This document shows positions 20,727 through 31,172 of a stretch of DNA of 64,000 nucleotides, in pieces. Under the pieces are notes generated by a model. It was not told where the DNA came from and searched no databases. It worked only from the letters and a program-made list of their open reading frames with translations. Made by a program: the position numbers and the translations under genes. The first letter of the stretch is position 1, and every line of letters begins with the position of its first letter. Source of the DNA: Parachlamydiales bacterium (GTDB lineage Bacteria; Chlamydiota; Chlamydiia; Chlamydiales; JAJFMK01); the NCBI GenBank assembly GCA_963765145.1, contig CAVXVG010000024.1, positions 1 through 64,000 on the forward strand. The letters are read 5' to 3'.

Positions 20727-23397
20727 CGTTGTTCCACATAGTCCTTATTTCCGCTTTGCACAAGGCCGCTCGTTCCCTTTCAGATCTATCTGAGAAATTT
20801 CTGAAAATTTGGCTCATCATATTGCAATGGCTCCGAACAAAAAGTAAGCTGTCATAGGAAGTTATAAGGATGAAGTGAGAGGTTGACTGTACTCCTGTGA
20901 ATATCAAGATTTCAGTGAGCTTGAAAAGGCTGATCGACTTCATTGCAGCGGTGACATAAGGAATAGGAGGCAATAATAAGGTTACAATCTTTTGGGCAAT
21001 AGCTGTATAGACTAAAACTTTTATTCTATTGTTGAAGACATACTTATTAAGGTCTAACAAGCTATTCCCAGCCCGGATTATCTGAAGGGGGGTATTGTTA
21101 ATGAGGATGGGCATAGCATAGCCGGTAGCCTTTACAATCCTGCCATAAGATGTTGATGACAGTTTTGCTGCTCCATAGCAAGCTGCAACAGATACGACCA
21201 GCTTAAAAAGAGAGGAGCCCGTTATGTTAGCTATTGCATTTGAGAGCCTAATCAGGATGACTTTTTTCCAGGCCGGATAGGAAGACCTCTTTTGAAAGAG
21301 GCGTCGGTCTTCAAAAATTTGGAAGAGCTCTTTTGAGTTGGTGGCATAAGTGCATTCAAAAAAAGAAATTAAATATTGCTCTCTCTTTGTTAAAGTGGAT
21401 GCGAATTGATGTCTTGGGTTTTTCACATTTAGCTTATCTAAAGCCAGAGCTGCTTTTTGTTCTTGAACCTCTAAAGACGAATTTTCATTAATAATTGTGT
21501 GGAAAGGAGCAAGATCAATATCTTTAATAAACCCTCGGGCTTCAAACTGTGGTAATAATATACGGTGAGAAACAACCAGCCACTCTAGAAGAGGCAGTGG
21601 AATGCCGGTTTCATGCATCTGGTCAACATTGAATAAGCGGAAAAAATCGCTTTCTCTCAATTGGTCTTGATAGCCTTCTAATGCTACCTTAATGTCTAAT
21701 TTCCCCTCTAAAATCCTTACGATGGTATCGCTTTCTAATGGAGCAATGGCTTGGATTTTTTTAACTTTTTCAAGCTCACTTAATTTGGCCGTTAAAGCAG
21801 CTGTATCAAGAGGTGCTTCATCTACAATGGCCGTTTTGAGTTGTTGTATTAAGGCGACGCCCAACTGGTTGGATAGCAATGGATATAGAGCGGCTTTTTC
21901 AGCACGGTTCCATTTTTTTTCACCCTGCCCATAAATCATCTCTTCGATTAGCTTGGTCCAATCATCCCGCTTGTCGTCTGTAGTTTTGGATAAGTTCTCT
22001 AGTGCATTAGGTAAGTGCGACTGTGCAAAGGCGACGAATGCTTGGATTCTACTGACCTGTTCTGAGGAATCGATTGTCATTGAAATAACTTCGGTAATCT
22101 TTTGAATGTGTGCTTGAGAGACAGGATAGGCCTCCTTGTTCCATTCTCTAGCATGGCTCTTGATCCAATCGATGATCTGTTCGCGGAAAATGGCCGATTT
22201 TTTGGCTTTTGCTTGGATCTGTGCAAGAATGAATTCGACCGTATATTTTTTAAAGAAGCGGTTTAGATAAATGTTAGTATCCAGAGGAGTGGAGAGATGT
22301 TCAACAACGTTTTCAGTCCCAGGGATGGCTAATAACCGCCCTAAAGAGGCCATGTAGTTGGTATATTTGTGAGTGTCGGTTCCAAAAGATGCAGCTTCTG
22401 AATCGGCTATTTTTTTTCTTCCATAGGCGAGGGTTTCAATCAAATTGTCTTCTAAGGTTTCTGATGAGCCGATTCCTTCTTCATAGAGGCGGTAATAGGT
22501 CCCCATGGCATCTCCCATGTAGCGAGCCCCACACCATCCTCCGGCTATGGCCAGGTCGATTACAACACGATCTCGGTCTTCTAAGAAGTTCAGGTACTGT
22601 TCTTTCTTCAGATCACTATAGTTATCTGTTTCAGCTCCATTGCTATCGATAAAATCTTGCAGAGCTTTCGTGACTCTGTATAAGGAGAGTCGGGTAGCAG
22701 CCTCTATTTGTCCGTAGAAGGCAAAAAGGGCTACCGTATCATATCCTTTAGGTGTCCCTAGAAAAGCGGTTCTCTTCTTAATGTCGTCGATATACTTTTC
22801 TAAATCTTTTTCCAATTTAGCTTGCCCACCATTTTTTGCAGGATCTCTATAACCAAGCTTTTCAGGCTGGGTAAAATTGATCTGTTTAAAGTGGGTGGCC
22901 AGTAAATCGACTTTAATGTCAGGGGGAACTTTTGAATCATCAAGAGCCAACTGTTTTGTTCTGATATGGCTCATATCCAATTGACCCGCCGAATAACGTT
23001 CTAAGTGGCCTGTTCCTTGGTGAGCGTTCGAATAAATTCGATACGTTGTTGCCAATGCACTGTATCCCATGCCCAATATCCAAAGGGCTATTTTGAAGAC
23101 AGCTAAATGGACATTTTCCGGAAGGTTGATGTCATAAGGGCCATAATAGCCAAGAACAACGTACCTAAAAGAGGCGCCTGAACTGGCAAGGGTAAAATAA
23201 ACCGCTTTTGCAAAAGCAAGTGTTAGATCATGCAAAGATTGGGTGGCAAGAAGGGTGATTTGTTGAATTTGCTGATGTGTCGTAAGGACTTTGATCTCTT
23301 TTGTCCGATCGAACTGTCTAAAATCAACCGAAAATTCAGGTGTAGTTGCTGTTGGTTGAATGAATTGAATTGTGATTGGATTTAGAGGAATTGCCAT
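20704..23397 (-). CDS. Hypothetical protein, 897 aa, with hydrophobic segments near both termini; possible effector
   Basis: Long uninterrupted ORF containing AIAGGWCGARY. Confidence 0.65.
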   Translation of the reverse strand: MAIPLNPITIQFIQPTATTPEFSVDFRQFDRTKEIKVLTTHQQIQQITLLATQSLHDLTLAFAKAVYFTLASSGASFRYVVLGYYGPYDINLPENVHLAVFKIALWILGMGYSALATTYRIYSNAHQGTGHLERYSAGQLDMSHIRTKQLALDDSKVPPDIKVDLLATHFKQINFTQPEKLGYRDPAKNGGQAKLEKDLEKYIDDIKKRTAFLGTPKGYDTVALFAFYGQIEAATRLSLYRVTKALQDFIDSNGAETDNYSDLKKEQYLNFLEDRDRVVIDLAIAGGWCGARYMGDAMGTYYRLYEEGIGSSETLEDNLIETLAYGRKKIADSEAASFGTDTHKYTNYMASLGRLLAIPGTENVVEHLSTPLDTNIYLNRFFKKYTVEFILAQIQAKAKKSAIFREQIIDWIKSHAREWNKEAYPVSQAHIQKITEVISMTIDSSEQVSRIQAFVAFAQSHLPNALENLSKTTDDKRDDWTKLIEEMIYGQGEKKWNRAEKAALYPLLSNQLGVALIQQLKTAIVDEAPLDTAALTAKLSELEKVKKIQAIAPLESDTIVRILEGKLDIKVALEGYQDQLRESDFFRLFNVDQMHETGIPLPLLEWLVVSHRILLPQFEARGFIKDIDLAPFHTIINENSSLEVQEQKAALALDKLNVKNPRHQFASTLTKREQYLISFFECTYATNSKELFQIFEDRRLFQKRSSYPAWKKVILIRLSNAIANITGSSLFKLVVSVAACYGAAKLSSTSYGRIVKATGYAMPILINNTPLQIIRAGNSLLDLNKYVFNNRIKVLVYTAIAQKIVTLLLPPIPYVTAAMKSISLFKLTEILIFTGVQSTSHFILITSYDSLLFVRSHCNMMSQIFRNFSDRSERERAALCKAEIRTMWNNVTTLPAA

Positions 23398-23524
23398 AGA
23401 TTAATAACCTATTAAAAAACAAAATATTACCACAGCTTCAAATTTTTATAAACAAAACTTTGATTGAACCGAATCGATTTTTCTGGTAAATTCGAATAAT
23501 TATTTAATTTTTTCTCTAGGAAAT

Positions 23525-24700
23525 GTGATGAAAGGACAAGCTGCCTCTCTCGAGGTTCAATCCTCCTCTTTGTGGACGACAGGCCTTGCCCTTTTTTCGA
23601 TGTTTTTTGGAGCCGGCAACCTGATATTTCCCCTATTGATTGGCCAATCTGTAGGAGAAAATGGGTGGTATGCCATCGGTGGTCTTGGGATCACGGCTGT
23701 TCTTGTTCCTTTTTTAGGGCTTGCCGGGATGGTGTTGTTTGACGGAGATATCCACCGCTTTTTTGGCAGGTTGGGAAAAGCTCCCGGTTGGACCCTTTTG
23801 TTATTATTGCAGTTGATTTTAGGCCCTTTTGGTGTGATTCCACGGTTGGTCACCTTGATGTACGCGATGGCAAAGCCCTATCTTTTCCAACTCTCTTTGC
23901 CTGCCTTTAGTGTCGTTTGTGCTGTCGCGATTTTTCTTTTCAGTTTCCAGAGGCAAAGATTGATGAGTTTATTAGGGGGAGTGTTGACCCCGATTTTGCT
24001 TCTTTCTCTTGCTGCACTTCTCTACTTTGGTTTGACGGAGCCCTCTACATTGAACCCTGTTTCGCCTACAGCTTCGAACAGTTTTTTTGAAGGGTTGTTG
24101 GGCGGTTACAATACGATGGATTTAATCGCGGCTTTTCTTTTTGCCACTGTTGTATTGCCCCACTTTAAAAAAGAGGCAATGAGTCAAGGCCGTTCGGTTC
24201 TGCAAAAGATTTTGTACTCCAGTTTAATTGCCGCCGGCCTCCTTTTTTTAACTTACATAGGGCTTGCCACCGTTTCTTCGATGCATGGCTGGTCGTTGGA
24301 ATCTTCCATTCCTCAAGAAGAGTTATTAGCCGCTATCGCAACTAAATTACTAGGGCCTATAGGGGCGCTTCTTGCAGCCATGGCTGTGATCACCGCTTGC
24401 CTGACTACAGCGATGACACTTTCCTCCATTTTTGCCGACTATCTTCAAAAAGATCTGTTAAAACAGAAGATTGGATCTACTCAAGCCCTTGCTTTGACCC
24501 TTCTGATCACAACTCTTTTTGCCAATTTAGGTTTTAGCGGCATTGCTGCCTTTTTAGGGCCGATTTTGCAAATCTGCTATCCAGGCCTCATTGTCTTGAC
24601 CTTGTTCAACATTCTCCACCATTTCTATGGCATCCGAACAGTCAAGCTGCCAGTCTTTGTCACCTTCGCCTGTTCTGCCGCCTTCTACTTCATTGTTTAA
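23525..24700 (+). CDS. brnQ: Branched-chain amino acid transport system II carrier
   Basis: GLALFSMFFGAGNLIFP, GYNTMDLIAA and ACLTTA motifs; many hydrophobic helices. Confidence 0.93.
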   Translation: MMKGQAASLEVQSSSLWTTGLALFSMFFGAGNLIFPLLIGQSVGENGWYAIGGLGITAVLVPFLGLAGMVLFDGDIHRFFGRLGKAPGWTLLLLLQLILGPFGVIPRLVTLMYAMAKPYLFQLSLPAFSVVCAVAIFLFSFQRQRLMSLLGGVLTPILLLSLAALLYFGLTEPSTLNPVSPTASNSFFEGLLGGYNTMDLIAAFLFATVVLPHFKKEAMSQGRSVLQKILYSSLIAAGLLFLTYIGLATVSSMHGWSLESSIPQEELLAAIATKLLGPIGALLAAMAVITACLTTAMTLSSIFADYLQKDLLKQKIGSTQALALTLLITTLFANLGFSGIAAFLGPILQICYPGLIVLTLFNILHHFYGIRTVKLPVFVTFACSAAFYFIV

Positions 24701-24759
24701 AAGAGGTTGTGAAAAACTCTGAATCAGGAACATGATCGCCCTCACGAAAGGCGTTTCTC

Positions 24760-27700
24760 ATGTTCAACAGAGTCTGTTTTTTGGTCCTCATCTTGGGTGC
24801 TCTTGCAGCTGAAGAAGAGAGGATTGCCCACTTTGAAGGGTCTCCATCCGGTATAGCTGCAGGATGGGTCAATGTGATCTCAGGATCTATTGTCCATCAA
24901 GAAACCGACCTGATCATTCCGGGAATTGAACCGCTTCAAATCTCTCGATCGCCTCTTTATGCGCCAGGCTATTTCCCCAAAGATAAGGTAAAAGAGAGCT
25001 GGAATTTCTCTTTTAAAGAAACTCTTCAACGGCAAATGGATAATGGAAGAGAGAATCTGGTTGTACACCAAGGTTCTCAAGAGCTGCTCAGTTTTAAAAA
25101 TGGCGATCCCCATAATCCTGAAAAGAGGTTTTTTAAATCATCGGATCATCCAAGAGGATATACTAACCAAGCTGCAGGACCTCGACCAACTGGACAAACC
25201 GCTTTAAAAAACTATTGGGTGAATCGGGGCTCTCCTCACTGGATGACTCTTACTTCAGGGTCTGGGGAAGTGAGAGACTATCAGGGCAATCCTGCTCAAT
25301 CGTCCAAAAAAGATGTTTGGCTGCCTTTAAAAGAGGTTATAAAGCCAAACGGCTTTCGCTACTTCATTGGATATGACCGGAACAATGAAAAACAAGGGGT
25401 CACCTTAAAAACTCCAAGTGGAAGAGAGGTGGCTTTCTATCTTGCTGACGACAAGGGAGATGCCCTTTCCATCACATCATTTGATGACCGTTCTGTCCAA
25501 TATCAATTCCAAAAAATGGGTGGAAGAAATGGATCGACGTTTAGGTTTTTAAAAGGGGTAGAAAGAAGCGATAGCCCCTCCGTTCAGTATGAATATGTCA
25601 CAGACGATCTTCAAAATGGGCAACTCAAAAAAATCCAATATCCTGAAGACCGCGCCATCTCGTTTCAGTATTGGAACAGCAATAGCGAAAAAAACAACCG
25701 CTCTAGTCTTAAGGTTAAGACCCTTTATCAACCTGCAGGGACAAATTCAACCCCAATTGCAACACACACTTTTGCCTACTACACCAAAGATAAAGAGAGA
25801 AGTGGCTGGACCGATGTCATCGACTTCGAAGGTAACAAAGATGTTTACCTGTTTGATGCCGACTATCGGCTGCGAGAGGTCAGAAACTACAAAGGGTTGT
25901 CAGAAAAGCACTTTGTGGAAACATTTTTTTGGGACAAAGAGGGGCAACTGACTTTATCTGCCTTGTCAGATGGTCACGACAACCCTCTCCGCGCAAAATC
26001 GTATGGCTATTCGGATAAGAGAGGCAATGCGACTGAAGAAAGGGAGTTTGGAAATCTAACAGGAGAGGGAAAAGCCCTCCCACAAATAGATCATAACGGC
26101 CATTTTAACCAAAGTGGATTAGAAAGTTACGGCTCCTATTTTGACTATTCGAACGATAAAAACCTTCTTGTAAAAGAGCGACATGAAAATGGGATCACTA
26201 TCCTCTGTAGCTATAAGGAGGGGACTAATCTTGTCGCGGAGAAGAAAACATTTGCTCATGAATTTTGTGTAAAAAGCGAAACATTTACTTATGACGGAGA
26301 GCACCGTCTTATTGAAACAACTGAGGATGACGGTGAACGAAAAACCATCGTCCGCTTAGCCCCACTCGAAAGGCCTTTTGGCTATCCCCAAGAGAAAAAG
26401 ATCATTGGCTGGAGCCAGGAGACCGGAGAGGTTTTTCTAGAGTCTTATCACTACACTTACAATGTACGCGGCGATATTACCTCAGAAGAAAAACGGGACA
26501 GCCAAGGAAGATCGGTTTATAAAATCGAGCGGACCTATGACGGACATGGCAACTGCACTCAAGAAAAAAACGCAGTTGGCGATATCATTAGACGGCTATT
26601 TGACCTCAACGACAACTGCATCCGAGAAGAAGGGCCTCGTGTTGGCCTTGTCAAAACATTCAGCTACGACTGGATGAATCGATGCACTCAGGAAACGGTT
26701 ACCTACCTAGGTGAAGTTACCAAAAGAGACCATGCGTATAACAAGCGAGGGAATAGAACCTCAACTGTGGATCCTTTTGGACAGATCACCCGGTTCACAG
26801 TTGATCGTTTCGGAAATCAGGTCCGTATCGAGTTGCCCCCCGTTCTTGTGGATGGCATAGAAAAAATACCGGTGATCCAACAAAGCTTTGACCATTTCGG
26901 AAATGTTCTGACTGCTACCGACCCGCTGGGGTACACCACACAGAAAAAGTACACTTCACGAAACAAACCCTGCTTTATTGAACACCCTGATGGGACCTCC
27001 GAACATTTTCTCTACACCCGTGATGGCCACCTTTCCCAAACCATCGATCAAGAAGAGGTTAAAACACGTTATCACTGGGATCCTTTAGGAAGGCTTCAGG
27101 CCAAAGAGACGCCCTTTGGCATAGAATATTTCCATTACAAAGGGATGTTGCTCGAGCGCTCCTTCGACCTAGCAGGTGTAGAAACCCATTACAAATATGA
27201 CCCATTTGGAAGGTTAACTGAGACCAGATGCGGCAACCGCAAAGAGACGATTGTATACGATGTTTATGGATACCCTGGTCGTAAAAGCTATTACGAAGAA
27301 GATCGGCTACTGAAAACAGATGTGACCTGTTATGACGCACTGAAAAGGGTGGTTGAAACCTATGTGGAAGACCCAACAGGTGCCATATTCTGCCCTAAAC
27401 GGTTTGAATATGATGGTGCTGGCAACTGCATTGTCGAATGGGATGACGCTGCAAAAACAGTCAAAACTTACGACGGCGAAAACCGTGTAGTTAAGCTGGT
27501 AGACCCGTTAGGAAATGTCTACCAGATCGATTATCGAAAGGGTTCTGTTCTTGAAAAAACGGTCATCGATCCTTTAGGGCAAAAGGTTGTCACTCTTTAC
27601 AATACGCATGGGAAAGAGGCGAAAATCTCCCATTTTGACAACTTCGGCATTGAGCTGTCGTCGAAAACCCTCTTCTACAACCTTGCAGGCCATCTCGAAA

Positions 27701-29868
27701 AAGAGGAGACCAAAGCTGATGGGGTTCTACAAACCCTGCTTTATCAACGCGATTCGATGGGAAGAGTCATCGCCTTAATAGAACCTCTTCGAAAAATCAC
27801 AACAAGCAAATACACCTCAGGTAAGCTTGCTGTTTTGACCAAGCCTGATGGAGTGCAATTACTTCACACGTATGATCGAGGCAGACTTGCGAGCTTGAAA
27901 AGTTCTGATGGCAAACTGGCCTATACCTATTCTTACTCTCCTCGAGGAGAGCTTTTGGAGGTTTTAGATGAATTGACAGGCTTTTGCTCGAGACAAGCGT
28001 TTTCTATCCATGGGGATTTAGTAGAAGAGGCGTTGCCAACAGGGCAAACCATCAACTATCAACACGACGGACTTGGGCGTATCATTTCTTACCGGCTTCC
28101 GGACGGTGGAGAAGTTGCCATGGAGCACAATGCCATCGTAGCAACATCCATTACCCGTTATGATCAAAAGAAAAATCTTCTTTATACGCATGCTTATACA
28201 TCTTTTAATCAACGGGGAGATGTTGAAGAACAGCAATTGATCGGGACTGCCGGAAAAATCAACTGTACTTTTGATGAGATGTACCAACTGAAAGGGGCTG
28301 TTCATCCACGCTACAAGCAAGAAGAGTTGATGTATGATGCGGTAGGAAATCTTCTTTCGTATCGCTTGAATGGAGAAAGCTATCGCTTTTCTTATGATAG
28401 CCTCTACCAACTGACAGAAGAAAAAGGGCATTCCTATTCTTTCGATGCCCTTCATAACAGACGGTCAAAAGATGAGGATCTCTACCAACTCAATGAACTA
28501 AATCAACTGACAGCTGCCGGTGCCTATCATTACACTTACGACCCCAATGGGAATTTGATCCAAGCTGACAACGGACATGAAACCTTACGATTTGGGTATG
28601 ACCCTCTTAACCGTCTGATTTTTATTCAAAAAGGGGAACATCAAGTCCACTTCAAATACGATCCATTTAATAGACGGATTTCACAAAATGGAAAGCCCTT
28701 CTACTTTTTTGGTCATCAAGAGATTGGAGATGAGCGATCGCTTCGTATTTTGGGTTTAGGTCTTGGAGCCGATGTTGGAGCAGCTGTAGCCCTTGAGCTC
28801 GATGGGCAGATTTACGCTCCTCTTCACGACCATAACGGTAGCATCACAGCCCTTCTCGACCTTGAGGGCAATCTAGTCGAAGAGTGGAGCTACACTGCCT
28901 TTGGTGAGCAAATTGGCACCACCTCATCTCCTTGGACCTTTTCTTCGAAACGGCACAATCCGCTCACAGGCTGGCTCTCCTTTGGTCGGCGTGATTATGA
29001 CCCGGAAACAGGCCGTTGGACCACCCCAGACCCCCTCGGCTTTGCCGACGGCCCCAACCTCTATGCCTATGTCTCCAACCGCCCCCTCACCCACCGCGAC
29101 CCGTTAGGCCTCTTCGAGATTCCTTCAGTCCAAGGACCGCCATATATAACCGAATGGGTTCCTCAAAACCACAATGGAAGCTTTCCTCAGGTCCGTTTTT
29201 TCCAAGATTTTGAAGCGATGGCAGGTCAATATCAAGGGAATGGAGAGAGATCCAGCATCTTTTCTGTTGGCCATGTAGAAGTGCCAAATAGGGGTGTCGG
29301 TTTTATGCCTGGGATCTTAAACGATAAAAAAGGGACTTCTGAGTCTAGCAATTACATTTCGACTCTAATTGGAGGTGTTAAACTGGATGTGTACCATAAC
29401 AGTACCCATGGTGTTGGACTCGATCTTGCTGAGTGTGATTTTGGGAAAAAGAATATCGCAACGACACCTGTACAACTTCTCCATAGAGGGTGGAGCGATT
29501 TTTTCGCGAAAAACCCCAACGGCTATTATCTCATGTACTGCCACAGCCAAGGGGCGATCCATGTAATGAATGCCCTCATCACTTTTGACAGAGAATTAGC
29601 CAAACGGATTCAAGTTGTTGCAATTGCCCCCGGCGCCTATATTTATGAGCAATCGTGTGGGAGCGTTGTGCATTATAGAGCTAAGTCGTCGTTAAGAGAC
29701 CCCATAGCCCATGGCAGTGATAAGCCTGGAGCCATCAGAGAAGCCGAAACAATCAGAGAGGTTGCATCGCATTGGGATGCCCCTTACCTTGACCATACCA
29801 TTCTCAGTCCGACCTATAAGAGACCCATACAGATTGAAGCAAGAAAATTCTTTGGAAACAGGTGGTAA
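24760..29868 (+). CDS. RHS/YD-repeat protein, 1702 aa, with a signal peptide and a C-terminal alpha/beta-hydrolase toxin-like domain
   Basis: Many YD repeats; core terminus RDYDPETGRWTTPDPLG...NLYAYVSNRPLTHRDPLGL; the C-terminal domain has CHSQG. Confidence 0.93.
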   Translation: MFNRVCFLVLILGALAAEEERIAHFEGSPSGIAAGWVNVISGSIVHQETDLIIPGIEPLQISRSPLYAPGYFPKDKVKESWNFSFKETLQRQMDNGRENLVVHQGSQELLSFKNGDPHNPEKRFFKSSDHPRGYTNQAAGPRPTGQTALKNYWVNRGSPHWMTLTSGSGEVRDYQGNPAQSSKKDVWLPLKEVIKPNGFRYFIGYDRNNEKQGVTLKTPSGREVAFYLADDKGDALSITSFDDRSVQYQFQKMGGRNGSTFRFLKGVERSDSPSVQYEYVTDDLQNGQLKKIQYPEDRAISFQYWNSNSEKNNRSSLKVKTLYQPAGTNSTPIATHTFAYYTKDKERSGWTDVIDFEGNKDVYLFDADYRLREVRNYKGLSEKHFVETFFWDKEGQLTLSALSDGHDNPLRAKSYGYSDKRGNATEEREFGNLTGEGKALPQIDHNGHFNQSGLESYGSYFDYSNDKNLLVKERHENGITILCSYKEGTNLVAEKKTFAHEFCVKSETFTYDGEHRLIETTEDDGERKTIVRLAPLERPFGYPQEKKIIGWSQETGEVFLESYHYTYNVRGDITSEEKRDSQGRSVYKIERTYDGHGNCTQEKNAVGDIIRRLFDLNDNCIREEGPRVGLVKTFSYDWMNRCTQETVTYLGEVTKRDHAYNKRGNRTSTVDPFGQITRFTVDRFGNQVRIELPPVLVDGIEKIPVIQQSFDHFGNVLTATDPLGYTTQKKYTSRNKPCFIEHPDGTSEHFLYTRDGHLSQTIDQEEVKTRYHWDPLGRLQAKETPFGIEYFHYKGMLLERSFDLAGVETHYKYDPFGRLTETRCGNRKETIVYDVYGYPGRKSYYEEDRLLKTDVTCYDALKRVVETYVEDPTGAIFCPKRFEYDGAGNCIVEWDDAAKTVKTYDGENRVVKLVDPLGNVYQIDYRKGSVLEKTVIDPLGQKVVTLYNTHGKEAKISHFDNFGIELSSKTLFYNLAGHLEKEETKADGVLQTLLYQRDSMGRVIALIEPLRKITTSKYTSGKLAVLTKPDGVQLLHTYDRGRLASLKSSDGKLAYTYSYSPRGELLEVLDELTGFCSRQAFSIHGDLVEEALPTGQTINYQHDGLGRIISYRLPDGGEVAMEHNAIVATSITRYDQKKNLLYTHAYTSFNQRGDVEEQQLIGTAGKINCTFDEMYQLKGAVHPRYKQEELMYDAVGNLLSYRLNGESYRFSYDSLYQLTEEKGHSYSFDALHNRRSKDEDLYQLNELNQLTAAGAYHYTYDPNGNLIQADNGHETLRFGYDPLNRLIFIQKGEHQVHFKYDPFNRRISQNGKPFYFFGHQEIGDERSLRILGLGLGADVGAAVALELDGQIYAPLHDHNGSITALLDLEGNLVEEWSYTAFGEQIGTTSSPWTFSSKRHNPLTGWLSFGRRDYDPETGRWTTPDPLGFADGPNLYAYVSNRPLTHRDPLGLFEIPSVQGPPYITEWVPQNHNGSFPQVRFFQDFEAMAGQYQGNGERSSIFSVGHVEVPNRGVGFMPGILNDKKGTSESSNYISTLIGGVKLDVYHNSTHGVGLDLAECDFGKKNIATTPVQLLHRGWSDFFAKNPNGYYLMYCHSQGAIHVMNALITFDRELAKRIQVVAIAPGAYIYEQSCGSVVHYRAKSSLRDPIAHGSDKPGAIREAETIREVASHWDAPYLDHTILSPTYKRPIQIEARKFFGNRW

Positions 29869-30381
29869 ATGAGTATTATTTTAATTCTAATGTTTAGTCT
29901 TTTTAATTCTAATCCTCCTGATACATACCGACATCCTGAGCATATAAAAGTTGCTCATGCCATCCAGAATGAAGTAGGAGATCGCCTTGAAAAGCGCCAC
30001 AAAATGGAAAATATAGGTCAATGTGGAGCTTTATTTGACAAGATTAATGGCCTTGGCTTTAGGTTTCAGGCGATAGGGCCTAAAACTAAAGAAGAGTTGC
30101 GAGGAATATTAGTTGACTGCACTGAGGAATTGGTAAATGCAGTAAACCAAACTGAAGGCATTGCTCAGCATCTTGGTTCTTACCCATTTTCTTTTGACAA
30201 GGTCGATCTAGCTATTTTTTTAAATGATGATCGGGGCTATGAAATTCATTATCCTTCGTATGGTGTAGTTGGTATTACCCAAGGAGTATTGCATTATCAC
30301 ACTGATGAAAAAGGAGGAATGGGGTACAAAACTACCGAATCTGAAAGCTATGAAGAGGCTTTAAAGGTACTTGGCAGGTAA
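29869..30381 (+). CDS. Putative cognate immunity protein 1
   Basis: Starts immediately after the RHS stop codon (TAA ATG); hydrophobic N-terminus; paralogues follow. Confidence 0.7.
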   Translation: MSIILILMFSLFNSNPPDTYRHPEHIKVAHAIQNEVGDRLEKRHKMENIGQCGALFDKINGLGFRFQAIGPKTKEELRGILVDCTEELVNAVNQTEGIAQHLGSYPFSFDKVDLAIFLNDDRGYEIHYPSYGVVGITQGVLHYHTDEKGGMGYKTTESESYEEALKVLGR

Positions 30382-30382
30382 C

Positions 30383-30480
30383 TTCGCAAAGCGTTTGGAG
30401 TGCTAAACTCCTGTTTAGCTTTGACTTATCAGTGAAAGTGAAAGCTAAACAGGAGTTTAGCACTCCAAACGCTTCGCGAA
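30383..30480. repeat. REPIN-like palindrome, copy 1 (two inverted TTTGGAGT-hairpin-TTT units)
   Basis: 40-bp arms (ttcgcaaagcgtttggagtgctaaactcctgtttagcttt and its reverse complement) with one mismatch. Confidence 0.9.
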
Positions 30481-30520
30481 AAAAATTGAATCTAGCTCGT
30501 AAAACCTGGAATTGACATTC

Positions 30521-31033
30521 ATGATTTTCATCTTATTTTTGTTGCTTAGCTTTTTTAATTCTAATCCTCCTGATACGTATCAAACTCCAATGCATATAAA
30601 AGTTGCTGACTCGATTCAGGAGGCGGTGGGAGACCGCCTTGCAGCGCGTCATAAAATGAAACTCATAGGCCAATCTGGGGCTCTGTTTGGAACAATCAAT
30701 GAGCTCGGTTTTAGATTCCAGATCACTGGACCTAAAACTAAAGAAGAATTGCGGGAAATATTAGTTGATTGTACTGAAGAACTGGTCAATGCGGTCAACC
30801 AAACTGAAGGAATTAGTCAATACCTCCCTTCATACCCATTTACCATAGAACAAGCAGACATTGATGTTTTTCTGTATGACGAACAAAATGGCGATCTCAT
30901 TTACCCTCTATATTGCACGGCAGGCATAAATCAAGGACGTTTGCAATTTTACACCGTTGATAAATACGGAATGGGGTATAAAACGAGAGAATCTGAAAGC
31001 TATGAAGAGGCTTTAAAGGCGCTTGGCAGGTAA
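30521..31033 (+). CDS. Putative immunity paralogue 2
   Basis: Clearly homologous to 29869-30381 (NSNPPDTY, GPKTKEELR, ESYEEALK). Confidence 0.75.
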   Translation: MIFILFLLLSFFNSNPPDTYQTPMHIKVADSIQEAVGDRLAARHKMKLIGQSGALFGTINELGFRFQITGPKTKEELREILVDCTEELVNAVNQTEGISQYLPSYPFTIEQADIDVFLYDEQNGDLIYPLYCTAGINQGRLQFYTVDKYGMGYKTRESESYEEALKALGR

Positions 31034-31034
31034 C

Positions 31035-31132
31035 CTCGCAACGCGTTTGGAGTGCTAAACTCCTGTTTAGCTTTGACTTGTCAGTGAAAGTGAAAGCGCA
31101 ACAAGAGTTGCGCACTCCAAACGCTTCGCGAA
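31035..31132. repeat. REPIN-like palindrome, copy 2
   Basis: Same element as copy 1; the right-arm hairpin reads gcgcaac-aaga-gttgcgc. Confidence 0.9.
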
Positions 31133-31172
31133 AAAAATTGAATCTAGCTCGTAAAACCTGGAATTGACATTC

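Noticed and set aside
24880..29566. Short ORFs nested in or antisense to the RHS gene (and similar ones over nuo and other long genes)
   Set aside because: They have no recognisable motifs and fully overlap well-supported genes; they are shadow ORFs.
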